64,000 nucleotides of DNA from Thiotrichaceae bacterium (lineage in GTDB: Bacteria; Pseudomonadota; Gammaproteobacteria; Eutrophobiales; Eutrophobiaceae): positions 1,465-65,464 of the forward strand of contig DUBV01000045.1 in NCBI GenBank assembly GCA_012960105.1, given 5' to 3'. The notes under the pieces were generated by a model that made no database searches, had not been told where the DNA came from, and saw nothing but the letters and a program-made list of their open reading frames with translations. The stretch's first letter is position 1. The number at the start of each line of letters is the position of its first letter. Of this stretch, positions 9,457 through 18,402 are shown in pieces. The translations under genes were made by a program, and so were the position numbers.

Positions 9457-11433
9457 TTAAGTGGATGTCGCTAATTTATCAGAGAGAGTAGTTTTGTGTT
9501 TCAATACTTTTAAACGGTAACGACGATCTGTTGCCGCTAACATCCCACCTATGGACATAAAAATAGCACCTAACCAAATCCAGCGTACAAAAGGTTTGTG
9601 GTAAAGACGAAAGCTCCAGGCTTTATCATCTAATGGTTCGCCGAGAGAAATATAAAGGTCGCGCATCAAACCTGAGTCTATACCGGCTTCTGTCATCGGC
9701 ATATTACGAACGGCGTAGATACGTTTTTGTGAACGTAAGGTAGTAATTTGTCGTTTGTTTTTAAATACATTTACAACGGCTTCCGTTGCCTGGTAGTTTT
9801 CTCCCGAAACCACATGCATTTTATCTAATACAAATTTATAACCAGCGAATTCTACACTGTCGCCAATTGCCATGCGCTCATGCAAATCAACACTATGTTG
9901 TGAAGTAATGGTGATGCCAATAATACAAAATGCAAAACCAATGTGCGCTAATGTCATGCCATAGAAACTACGCGGAATAATTTGTAAGGCTGCCAGTTTA
10001 TTTTTTTTGTTCGTTAGTCGTGCTTTGAATGCAGCAAGACTGGTTAACGTTACCCATGATGCGGCAATGATTCCGGCAATGGTTCTAAAAAGATGTACTT
10101 CATAAAACATAAAGCCTGCGGTAACGCCAATGAAGATGCTGGCGAATAGTAATAATCGCAATTGTTGCCATACGCGCGAGGCATCATCTTGCTTCCAACG
10201 AACTATAGCACCAATACCAATCAATACAGCTACAGGTGTCATTAATGGAATAAAGACGGCATTGAAATAGGGTGCACCGACTGATAATTTTCCTTTGCCC
10301 AATGCATCGACTATTAATGGGTAAAGTGTGCCTAGTAATACCGTCGACATAACGACTAATAACAAAACACTGTTAAATAATAAAAATGTTTCGCGAGAAA
10401 ATAATTTGAATTGGCCACCGCTCTTTGTAGAAGGTGCGCGTATGGCGTAGAGCAATAAAGAACCGCCAACAAAAAAACTTAGTAAGATTAATATAAAAAC
10501 ACCACGTTCTGGATCAGTTGCAAAAGCATGTACCGATGTTAGTACGCCGGAACGCACTAAAAATGTGCCCAATAAGCTTAATGCAAAAGCACAGATAGCA
10601 AGCAATATAGTCCAGTTTTTAAAGACATCTCTTTTTTCAGTCGCTGCAAGCGAATGTATTAATGCCGTGCCAATTAACCATGGCATGAACGAGGCATTTT
10701 CTACAGGATCCCAAAACCACCAGCCACCCCAACCTAATTCGTAATACGCCCACCAACTACCTAAGGCAATACCCAGAGTTAAAAACATCCATGCTAAGGT
10801 TGTCCAGGGGCGTGACCATTTAGCCCAACTAACATCAAGTTTGCCTCCTAATAATGCGGCAATAGCAAAGGCAAAGGCAACCGAGAAACCAACATAACCC
10901 ATGTATAACATCGGCGGATGAATAATAAGTCCGAAGTCTTGTAGTAAAGGATTTAAATCGCCGCCATCGGCAGGAGTAGGAAAGAGTCGATCAAAAGGAT
11001 TTGAAGTAAATAGCATGAACAACAAAAAGCCAACACTGACCAAGCCCATCACCGCAATTACGCGGGCTAAAAAATAATTTGGTAATCCACGACTAAAGAA
11101 AGTAACGGCAATAGTCCAAAGACTAAGTATGAATACCCATAATAATAATGAACCTTCATGCGATCCCCAAACGGCTGAGAAACGATAGATTGCTGGCAAC
11201 AATGAATTTGAATTGTGTGCGACATAGGCAACAGAAAAATCATTTGTTAAGAATGAATACGAGAGTATTGCAAGTGCTATGCTGACAAATAAAAATTGTA
11301 AACGCGCAACAGGTTTAGCTAATGCCATCCATGCTTGATTACCATTTGCCGCGCCAATAAGCGGGAAGATGCTTTGCGTTATTGCCATGACCAAGGCCAT
11401 GATTAAGGCAAAATGTCCTAACTCAGGAATCAT
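9457..11433 (-). CDS. ccmF: Heme lyase subunit CcmF
   Basis: 658 aa polytopic protein with the WGGWWFWDPVENASFMPW (WWD) motif. Confidence 0.95.
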   Translation of the reverse strand: MIPELGHFALIMALVMAITQSIFPLIGAANGNQAWMALAKPVARLQFLFVSIALAILSYSFLTNDFSVAYVAHNSNSLLPAIYRFSAVWGSHEGSLLLWVFILSLWTIAVTFFSRGLPNYFLARVIAVMGLVSVGFLLFMLFTSNPFDRLFPTPADGGDLNPLLQDFGLIIHPPMLYMGYVGFSVAFAFAIAALLGGKLDVSWAKWSRPWTTLAWMFLTLGIALGSWWAYYELGWGGWWFWDPVENASFMPWLIGTALIHSLAATEKRDVFKNWTILLAICAFALSLLGTFLVRSGVLTSVHAFATDPERGVFILILLSFFVGGSLLLYAIRAPSTKSGGQFKLFSRETFLLFNSVLLLVVMSTVLLGTLYPLIVDALGKGKLSVGAPYFNAVFIPLMTPVAVLIGIGAIVRWKQDDASRVWQQLRLLLFASIFIGVTAGFMFYEVHLFRTIAGIIAASWVTLTSLAAFKARLTNKKNKLAALQIIPRSFYGMTLAHIGFAFCIIGITITSQHSVDLHERMAIGDSVEFAGYKFVLDKMHVVSGENYQATEAVVNVFKNKRQITTLRSQKRIYAVRNMPMTEAGIDSGLMRDLYISLGEPLDDKAWSFRLYHKPFVRWIWLGAIFMSIGGMLAATDRRYRLKVLKHKTTLSDKLATST

Positions 11434-11885
11434 TGCGCTGCATCATGGCTTTCTGGAATTTTAGCGCCGGCATCTTCAAGCGCTTGCGCAACTTCAGGCG
11501 GCATATAATTTTCATCATGTTTGGCTAAGACTTCTTCTGCTTTAAATACATTGTCTGCATCAAGCTTGCCATTAGCGACGATACCTTGTCCTTCACGAAA
11601 TAAATCAGGAAGGATGCCTTCGAATGTCACGGTTATTTCATTAACAGTATCTGTAAGGACAAAGCTAACTTCAAGATTGTCAGTATTACGTTTAACGCTA
11701 TCGTTTAACACAAGGCCTCCAATACGAAATGATCTTTCTGTTGGAGTCTCACCAGCGATCACTTGAGTTGGGCTATAAAAGTACAATAGGTTTTTTTCAA
11801 ATGCGGTAAGAATTAATGTTGCCGCTAGTGCCATGCCTGCAAGTATGGAGCAGACAATGACGATACGTTTTTTTCTTGGTGTCAT
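11430..11885 (-). CDS. ccmE: Heme chaperone CcmE
   Basis: 151 aa with an N-terminal anchor and HDENYMPPEV heme-binding His/Tyr region. Confidence 0.9.
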   Translation of the reverse strand: MTPRKKRIVIVCSILAGMALAATLILTAFEKNLLYFYSPTQVIAGETPTERSFRIGGLVLNDSVKRNTDNLEVSFVLTDTVNEITVTFEGILPDLFREGQGIVANGKLDADNVFKAEEVLAKHDENYMPPEVAQALEDAGAKIPESHDAAQ

Positions 11886-12055
11886 TATGTTTTGCTTTCT
11901 TCGGATTGTAGGCGTTTTTGAAGTTCACGAATTACTTTGCGTTCTCGAAATATGGGGAGCGCGATATTTAAAAATAATACTACCGCACAAATACCATACA
12001 CCGGCCAGATATATTTTGCGTATCCACCCATAGATAAAAAATCAGTTAGTGACAT
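11885..12055 (-). CDS. ccmD: Heme exporter protein CcmD
   Basis: Small single-TM protein between ccmC and ccmE. I place the start at the internal MSLTDFLSMGG... (12055) rather than the track start at 12103, which would overlap ccmC heavily. Confidence 0.7.
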   Translation of the reverse strand: MSLTDFLSMGGYAKYIWPVYGICAVVLFLNIALPIFRERKVIRELQKRLQSEESKT

Positions 12056-12812
12056 TTTTATAGTCTCGTAATAGTTGTTTGACCCAGGAAGTATTAGATT
12101 CATATTCCAGAATTTCTGTGCGAACTCTGATTAATAAACTAGTTACGTAAAAAGTTTTGAAAGCCAGCACCATAAATATTAATGGGATTAGCATACTCAT
12201 ATGTACGGTTGGTTTATCTATTTGTGAAATAATAGATCCTTGATGCAAGGTGCTCCACCATTCGACGGAATAATGAATAATTGGAATATTAACGATACCA
12301 ACCAGAGCAAGTATAGCGCCGGCACGTGCAGCAACACGACGATCTTCAAAAGCAGATTGCAATGCGATGTAACCAAGGTAGAGAAAAAATAAAATTAAAA
12401 AGGATGTTAGTCTTGCATCCCATACCCAATAAGCTCCCCACATGGGTTTTCCCCAGATGGCTCCGCTAACAAGTGCGAGAAATGTAAACGATGCGCCTAT
12501 GGGCGCGCTATTTCTGGCAACTATTTCAGCTAGTTTAATATGCCAGATAAGACCAATGCCTCCGGCTACGGCCATAACTACATAAACAAAGAGTGCCATC
12601 CATGCTGCAGGAACATGCACATACATAATTCGGAAGCTATCACCTTGTTGGTAATCTGCAGGAGCTAAAATCAGCCCGCCATAAAGACCCGCGATAAAAC
12701 ATATGATGCAAACTACTATGGCGTATTTCGATATTATGTGAGAAATATCATAGAAATATTTTGGTGATGCGAACTGATGGAACCATCGGTGACATTTTTT
12801 ATATAAACTCAT
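12042..12812 (-). CDS. ccmC: Heme exporter protein CcmC
   Basis: WGAYWVWDARLTS WWD motif in a polytopic protein. Confidence 0.9.
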   Translation of the reverse strand: MSLYKKCHRWFHQFASPKYFYDISHIISKYAIVVCIICFIAGLYGGLILAPADYQQGDSFRIMYVHVPAAWMALFVYVVMAVAGGIGLIWHIKLAEIVARNSAPIGASFTFLALVSGAIWGKPMWGAYWVWDARLTSFLILFFLYLGYIALQSAFEDRRVAARAGAILALVGIVNIPIIHYSVEWWSTLHQGSIISQIDKPTVHMSMLIPLIFMVLAFKTFYVTSLLIRVRTEILEYESNTSWVKQLLRDYKNVTN

Positions 12813-13486
12813 TAACTTAGTCTAATCCTTAATGCAGCGGCAGTGGTAATCGGTGCAAGCGTAATCGCGAGTACCAGAATGCCGGATAAAAAGTAAATTT
12901 CTGCTGCAATAGATTGTCCGACGGTGGCATTTTGAACAGCAAGCATAGAAAAAATCAGGACTGGCATATATAAGGGCAATATTAATAAGCTGAGTAACAT
13001 ACCACCTCGCAACCCAATTGTTAAGGCAACGGTGATAGCGCCAATTAAACTCAAAACAGGAGTGCCTAACAATAGTGTAATGAGTAACGCCAACATTGTT
13101 TGACTCGGCACTGATAGAACAAGACCTGTTAGTAGTGCAACGATGATTAAAGGCAGGCCAAATGTTAGCCAATGCGCGGTGACTTTTGCTGAAACTAATA
13201 AGGTCAGCGGATAACGCGCGAGTGTTAATTGTTCTATCGAGCCGTCTTCAAAATCAGAGCGGAAGATTGCCTCCAACGAGAGACAGGTGGCTAATAATGC
13301 GGATATCCAGATTATCCCTGAGGTTAGTTGTTTTAATAATGCGGAATCTGAACCGAAGGCCAGGGGAAACAATATGATGATGATGACGAAGAACATTAAT
13401 GGGTTAATGAATTCGGACTTATTGCGGAAGGCGAGTGTTAAATCGCGACGTAAGATGACGAAGAATATATTTAGGTATTCGTTCAT
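12812..13486 (-). CDS. ccmB: Heme exporter permease CcmB
   Basis: 224 aa, six TM helices, in the ccm operon position. Confidence 0.9.
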   Translation of the reverse strand: MNEYLNIFFVILRRDLTLAFRNKSEFINPLMFFVIIIILFPLAFGSDSALLKQLTSGIIWISALLATCLSLEAIFRSDFEDGSIEQLTLARYPLTLLVSAKVTAHWLTFGLPLIIVALLTGLVLSVPSQTMLALLITLLLGTPVLSLIGAITVALTIGLRGGMLLSLLILPLYMPVLIFSMLAVQNATVGQSIAAEIYFLSGILVLAITLAPITTAAALRIRLS

Positions 13487-14109
13487 GTTTCATTACCTAA
13501 ATGAATATGTTGTAAGGGATAGCCATCAATTTCCATGGTTTGATGTGTTGCAAATATTACCATGCCGCCTGCAGTGCAATGTTTGACGATCAATTGCTCA
13601 ATGATTTTTTTACCATTTTTATCAAGCGCATTAAAAGGTTCATCGAGTAGCCATAATTTAGATTGCGTCATAAATATTCGGCTTAAACCGACGCGTCTTT
13701 TTTGACCTGCCGACATACGGCTTAGCAATACGTCTTCCAAGCCCGCTAAGCCTATTTGTTTTAGTATCGAGGAATAATCTATATCTGATTTGTCGCCGGA
13801 GAGGGCATGCATGACTTTCATATTTTCCCGAGCTGTCAGTTCCGCTTTTACACCGTTACTATGACCGAAATAGGTCATGTCTGATTGAAATTGGTAGCGA
13901 GATTCCTTAATGTTTACACCGTTCCAATTGATGCTGCCTTCGCTTGCTTGAATTAAACCCACACACATTTGCAGCAAGCTACTTTTACCACTGCCGTTAA
14001 CACCATCTATCTGCAGTAAACCACCTTGTTCCAGATCGAAATTAAGTCCCTGAAACAGAATATTGTCTCGGCGGATACATTGTAGGTTTTTAATGTTGAA
14101 TATCGACAC
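13483..14109 (-). CDS. ccmA: Heme exporter ATPase CcmA
   Basis: Walker A GVNGSGKSS, signature MSAGQKRR, first gene of the operon. Confidence 0.9.
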   Translation of the reverse strand: MSIFNIKNLQCIRRDNILFQGLNFDLEQGGLLQIDGVNGSGKSSLLQMCVGLIQASEGSINWNGVNIKESRYQFQSDMTYFGHSNGVKAELTARENMKVMHALSGDKSDIDYSSILKQIGLAGLEDVLLSRMSAGQKRRVGLSRIFMTQSKLWLLDEPFNALDKNGKKIIEQLIVKHCTAGGMVIFATHQTMEIDGYPLQHIHLGNET

Positions 14110-14392
14110 GTCTATTTTTTCATTTCTTGAGGTGGTTTGTTGTTGGCAAATAATAACAATATTTTTGTTCGGACCAAGTTGAAATCCATATTATTTAGAT
14201 ATAAATCATATATTTATAAGTTTTTAATAAATAAACTTAGCCATTTGATTTAGATCAAAATTTCGCAAGTCATTATGATTTAAAATCAGCTTCAGATTAT
14301 GTTCCATAAATACCCTAAGGATTGATTTTATACCATAAAATGAGTCTATCAATTCAACAGTTTAACGATATTATTTCTCTAAATGTGACGGA

Positions 14393-15121
14393 ATGAATTC
14401 TAACGACGCAAACTCTTTAAAAACACTCTCCGAAAGTGAAAAGGAGGTTCCGTTTCAATCCGCTTCTCTCGATATTTGGGATCAAAAGTACCGTCTAAAA
14501 CAGAAAGATGGCACATTTATCGATAATGACATTAATGATAGCTATATTCGTATTGCTTGTACGCTTGCAGACCTTGAGCAGGATAAGGAAAAATGCGATT
14601 ACTGGTATGGAAAGTTCCTTTGGGCGATTCAAAATGGTGCTATTCCAGCGGGACGCATTATATCTAATGTTGGTGCCACTCAATATAAGCCACATATATC
14701 AACAATAAACTGTACCGCATCTGGAATTGTCCATGACTCAATGGATGATATTTTGCATAAATTACATCAGGCAGGTCTCACTTTAAAAGCAGGCTGTGGA
14801 ATTGGTTATGAATTTTCCACATTACGACCACATGGTGATTTTGTAGCGGGTGCGGGTGCCTATACCTCCGGGCCGATGTCTTTTATGGATATCTACGACA
14901 AGATGTGTTTTACCATCTCTTCAGCAGGTGGTCGTCGCGGCGCACAAATGGCTACATTTGATATACGTCATCCTGATGTATTGGACTTTATTCGAGCTAA
15001 ACGTGAAGACGGGCGTTTAAGACAATTTAACCTTTGTCTGCTTATTTCTGAAAAATTCATGCATGCCGTTGAAAATTATGTTAACAAACGCATCAATAGA
15101 AAGGTAAAGACGGATAACTAG
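14393..15121 (+). pseudogene. nrdJ: 5' remnant (about 228 homologous codons) of class II adenosylcobalamin-dependent ribonucleotide reductase NrdJ
   Basis: WDQKYRL..., AIPAGRIISNVG, INCTASG, GCGIGYEFSTLRP, SGPMSFMDIYD, GGRRGAQMATF and FIRAKRE..LRQFNL are the N-terminal RNR class II blocks. Homology stops near 15075 and the ORF ends at 15121, against 700 aa or more in intact enzymes. Confidence 0.75.
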
Positions 15122-15504
15122 TATTGTTCGCTAAGACCCAAAAAGAAAGTTTCAATATATTCCACATCAAACTTAGTCGCATAAACGAAACGGAAACCAG
15201 AGTTATAGAAGGGCGTATTCATGTGTCGCTCACACCAGCGACATTGTGCAGTTAAAGAAGTTAGTGTTTTTCTTTCTCTTCCATTGGGAACATATATGCT
15301 TACACGTGTTTCTTCACCAATAGTGAATTCTGTCTTGCCTACTAGCATCATTCCATGAGCATTGAGATCTGCCGTATGACCAATACTTTCTTTTGTTTTT
15401 TGGTCAAACACTTCTTCATTTATTGCTAAGCGTCGCCCGTTTCGGCGTTCTGCCAGTTGTTCCATATTCAATCCAATGTTTAGCGTATGTGAATATATCG
15501 GCAT
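15118..15504 (-). CDS. PilZ domain protein (c-di-GMP receptor)
   Basis: RRNGRR (RxxxR) followed by the DLNAHGM (D/NxSxxG-like) motif. The start may be the internal MEQLAE. Confidence 0.65.
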   Translation of the reverse strand: MPIYSHTLNIGLNMEQLAERRNGRRLAINEEVFDQKTKESIGHTADLNAHGMMLVGKTEFTIGEETRVSIYVPNGRERKTLTSLTAQCRWCERHMNTPFYNSGFRFVYATKFDVEYIETFFLGLSEQY

Positions 15505-15761
15505 TAGTTCTGGGATATTTACATGTAAATCAAAAGTGGTTGAAAAATCAAAAGAATTAATAATAAAACAAGGAATAAGCTTTGTTTGAAATAGAAGCAG
15601 ACAGTTCCCAGAGGAAATAGAATGAAGAGCGTAACTATGTGCGCTTTATTTGCTTTACTGATATATCCATTAATAGTTTTATCTGTTGATAGGACTACGA
15701 AATTACAACTAGTCCTACAATGATTCAGTTAAAAAGTGTTGTTGAAATAAGCAAACAGAAG

Positions 15762-16313
15762 TTAATTTTCATTACTTAACTTTTCTGTTTTACTGAATTG
15801 ATCATTCACTAAATTTTGAACATTTTTTGCTTGTTCAAATAATTGCTTAATTCCTTCAGGCGAATAAACATTTGTTGGCAGTTCAGTAGTAGGTGACTGT
15901 CGTTGTGTTTGTTGTTGCTGTCGTTCTCTTGTTGATGTGTCGCTTGACTGTACAGCCGGAACAACATTGGTTTTACTGCTTATTTTAATAGCCTCAAGAT
16001 TTTTTATCTCCCCAGTCGGCTTATCACTGGCGTAGTGAATGACGCCTTTATTATCACGCCATTTGTAGAGATAAGTTTCTGACGTAAATTTTTCATCTTT
16101 AATAGAATTGAATTTATTTGAAACAGAGTCAAATTTATTAGATAGCTTATCCTTTATATTATCGACATTAAGATCGGACATATTAATGTCAGGTAATGTC
16201 GGTTTTTTAAATGTAATATCGGGAGTCTTTCCTGTTAAAAGGTAACTGGAATATTGGCCAACCCCAAATAAAATAATGACAAAAATAATTGTTTTGAATA
16301 GAAATTTCAGCAT
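15762..16313 (-). CDS. DUF4124 domain protein
   Basis: N-terminal TM helix plus YKWRDNKGVIHYASDKP, the DUF4124 signature. Confidence 0.65.
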   Translation of the reverse strand: MLKFLFKTIIFVIILFGVGQYSSYLLTGKTPDITFKKPTLPDINMSDLNVDNIKDKLSNKFDSVSNKFNSIKDEKFTSETYLYKWRDNKGVIHYASDKPTGEIKNLEAIKISSKTNVVPAVQSSDTSTRERQQQQTQRQSPTTELPTNVYSPEGIKQLFEQAKNVQNLVNDQFSKTEKLSNEN

Positions 16314-16346
16314 AGCAGTAACATTCTTAATGTTATAAAGTGATAT

Positions 16347-17255
16347 TTATCCTTTAATGCTTTTATAAATGAACTCTATCCAGCCATTTTGCTTAATAAA
16401 ACCGACGTCCCATATTTTTAGTGTAGCAGGCAAACCTTTTGTTTGAATTTTTTCCAAGCTCATGCCTTTATCAAAATTCTTTTGTACAAAGACAATGCTG
16501 TCTTTAAGCATTTGATGATATTTAACTAAGTCGCTACGAGTAGATAAAGGTCCATGACCAGGAATTATCTTTATATCTTCGGGAATCATATCAAGAATCT
16601 TGCCTATGTTCTTGCTGTAGCCCAAGGCATTGCCGTTACTGTTTAAATCAACAAAAGGGAACATGCCTGCAAAGTAATGATCCCCCATGTGTAATACATT
16701 TGAATCAACAAAATAAACTATCGAGTCTCCATCTGTATGGCCACGTGGAAAATGGATGAGTTTGATTGTTTCGTTATTAAAATGAATGGTGATAGATTGT
16801 TCAAAGGTAATGATTGGTCAGGCTGCTTTAGGACTAGCAGGCGAATCACCGAAGCGAATTTTTTGATCGGTCATTAAACGTTTTCTGACATTGTCGTGAG
16901 CAATGATAGTCGCCTCATCGCTAAATACAGTATTGCTACCAGTATGATCACCATGTCAGTGAGTATTGAGAATAAAATTGATTTTTTTAGAAGATGTCTT
17001 TGGAGAAATTTCTTTAAGTGAAGATTTTATTTTCTCAGACATTTCTGAAAACTGATCATCGACGATTAATATGCCATCTTCACCTATTGAAACAGCGATG
17101 TTCCCACCAGCAAAACCATTCACGCCTTCGAGCATATATATATTCTTATTAACCAATATGGTTTTAAGAGAAATATTAGAAAAATCACGCTCTGCATTCG
17201 CATGAGTTGCAAATATGCTGAAAAGTAGGCTGGTAATTAGTAATTTTTTGAACAT
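16347..17255 (-). pseudogene. Secreted MBL-fold metallo-hydrolase with two in-frame TGA codons
   Basis: Manual translation joins ORF 16956..17255 to ORF 16347..16688 in a single frame: ...ILNTH*HGDHTGSN...SPKAA*PIITFEQSITIHFNNETIKLIHFPRGHTDGDSIVYFVDSNVLHMGDHYF... The stops are at 16956..16958 (inside the HxHxDH motif) and 16818..16820. Confidence 0.85.
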
Positions 17256-17272
17256 CTTGTGCTGTTCCTGGT

Positions 17273-17416
17273 TTATTGTCGGAGTGTTTTTTCAATATCT
17301 ATACCTTCTTCTAGGTAATTTACTGCAATCATTTCAATTGTTTCTGAGTCATCGGCTTTGATTTTTAAAAACTCATAAACCTCATTGCTGATGTCAATGG
17401 TGATTTGTTTGCTCAT
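17273..17416 (-). CDS. Possible 47-aa protein (MSKQITIDISNEVYEFLKIKADDSETIEMIAVNYLEEGIDIEKTLRQ)
   Basis: ATG-to-TAA ORF found by hand, below the track threshold. Vaguely antitoxin/RHH-like, with no partner gene. Confidence 0.25.
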   Translation of the reverse strand: MSKQITIDISNEVYEFLKIKADDSETIEMIAVNYLEEGIDIEKTLRQ

Positions 17417-17558
17417 AATATTTACCTCATAAATCCGTTAAACTGAGAGAATAATTTTAATATTCAATAACTTAATACTTATGGTTATTTTGCATTAGCT
17501 AACTAAAAATAGACATTAATATTTAATGATTACACGGTAAATAGCTTTATAATAAAGC

Positions 17559-18383
17559 ATGATTTATTTTAGAATATCTCTATCCTTACTGACTTGTCTT
17601 TGCATCTCAGGGTGTGGCCCACTCGCCTTAGTAAGTGCTGTAGGTACGACTGTCAATAATGCCGCCTATAATGCAGCGGAAAGAGACTTGAATAGTTCAC
17701 AACCGAGTCGGGAAGTACAAGCGATGAATGTTGCTATAGCTAACATGAATCTTGGAGTGGAATATATGCGGCAGGGTGCATATGAAGATGCTCTGGGAAA
17801 ATTGAACCGTTCTATTTTGGCAAAACCGGATTTTGCACCTACTTATAATATACTTGGTTTACTCTATCAAAAACTGGGTGATCCGATAACTGCGGAAAAT
17901 AATTTTAAAAAATCAATGGAATTAGATCCTACTGATTCATCTACATACAATAATTACGGCTTGTTTCTTTGCCATAATAATAGATTAAAAGAAGCGGAGA
18001 AAATGTTTTTAGATGCGGCAAATAATCCTTATTATGACTCGCCAGAAATAGCATTTACAAACGCAGGGATATGCCTGCTTGATAGTAAACCTGAGGATAG
18101 TGAAAAATATTTTAAACAGGCTTTAAGAAAAGATTCTGATTATTCTCACGCTTTAATTCAAATGATAGATATTTCTTACAATAGAAGTGAGTATGGTTTA
18201 GCTCATCAATATCTTAAGCGTTATAAAAAGAATACGCACCACACGCCTAAAAGCCTTTGGTTAGGTGTTCGAATAGCAAGCGAATTGAAAAACAAAGATG
18301 ATCTTGCTAGTTATGCATTGTTGCTGCGAAACAAGTATCCTGATAGTAAAGAAGCGAAGTTAATGTCGGAATGGAATTTTTAA
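17559..18383 (+). CDS. pilW: Type IV pilus biogenesis/stability lipoprotein PilW (PilF of P. aeruginosa), TPR
   Basis: Lipobox LCISGC and TPR repeats. Colinear similarity to PilF as I recall it (NNYGLFLC..., FTNAGICL..., KSLWLGVRIA...). Confidence 0.75.
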   Translation: MIYFRISLSLLTCLCISGCGPLALVSAVGTTVNNAAYNAAERDLNSSQPSREVQAMNVAIANMNLGVEYMRQGAYEDALGKLNRSILAKPDFAPTYNILGLLYQKLGDPITAENNFKKSMELDPTDSSTYNNYGLFLCHNNRLKEAEKMFLDAANNPYYDSPEIAFTNAGICLLDSKPEDSEKYFKQALRKDSDYSHALIQMIDISYNRSEYGLAHQYLKRYKKNTHHTPKSLWLGVRIASELKNKDDLASYALLLRNKYPDSKEAKLMSEWNF

Positions 18384-18402
18384 AAATAATCAATAAAAGG
18401 TA

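Noticed and set aside
14110-14392. Looked for an NrdR box or a B12 riboswitch upstream of the nrdJ remnant.
   Set aside because: The AT-rich sequence has no convincing palindromic NrdR box and none of the conserved cobalamin riboswitch blocks.
16818-16958. In-frame TGA codons read as selenocysteine or Trp recoding (also the TGA at 6629).
   Set aside because: TGA is used as a genuine stop by adjacent intact genes, no SECIS-like structure follows the sites, and other stop types (TAG, TAA) and frameshifts hit neighbouring genes. Pseudogenisation or sequencing error is simpler. The idea is kept as a check under the MBL finding.
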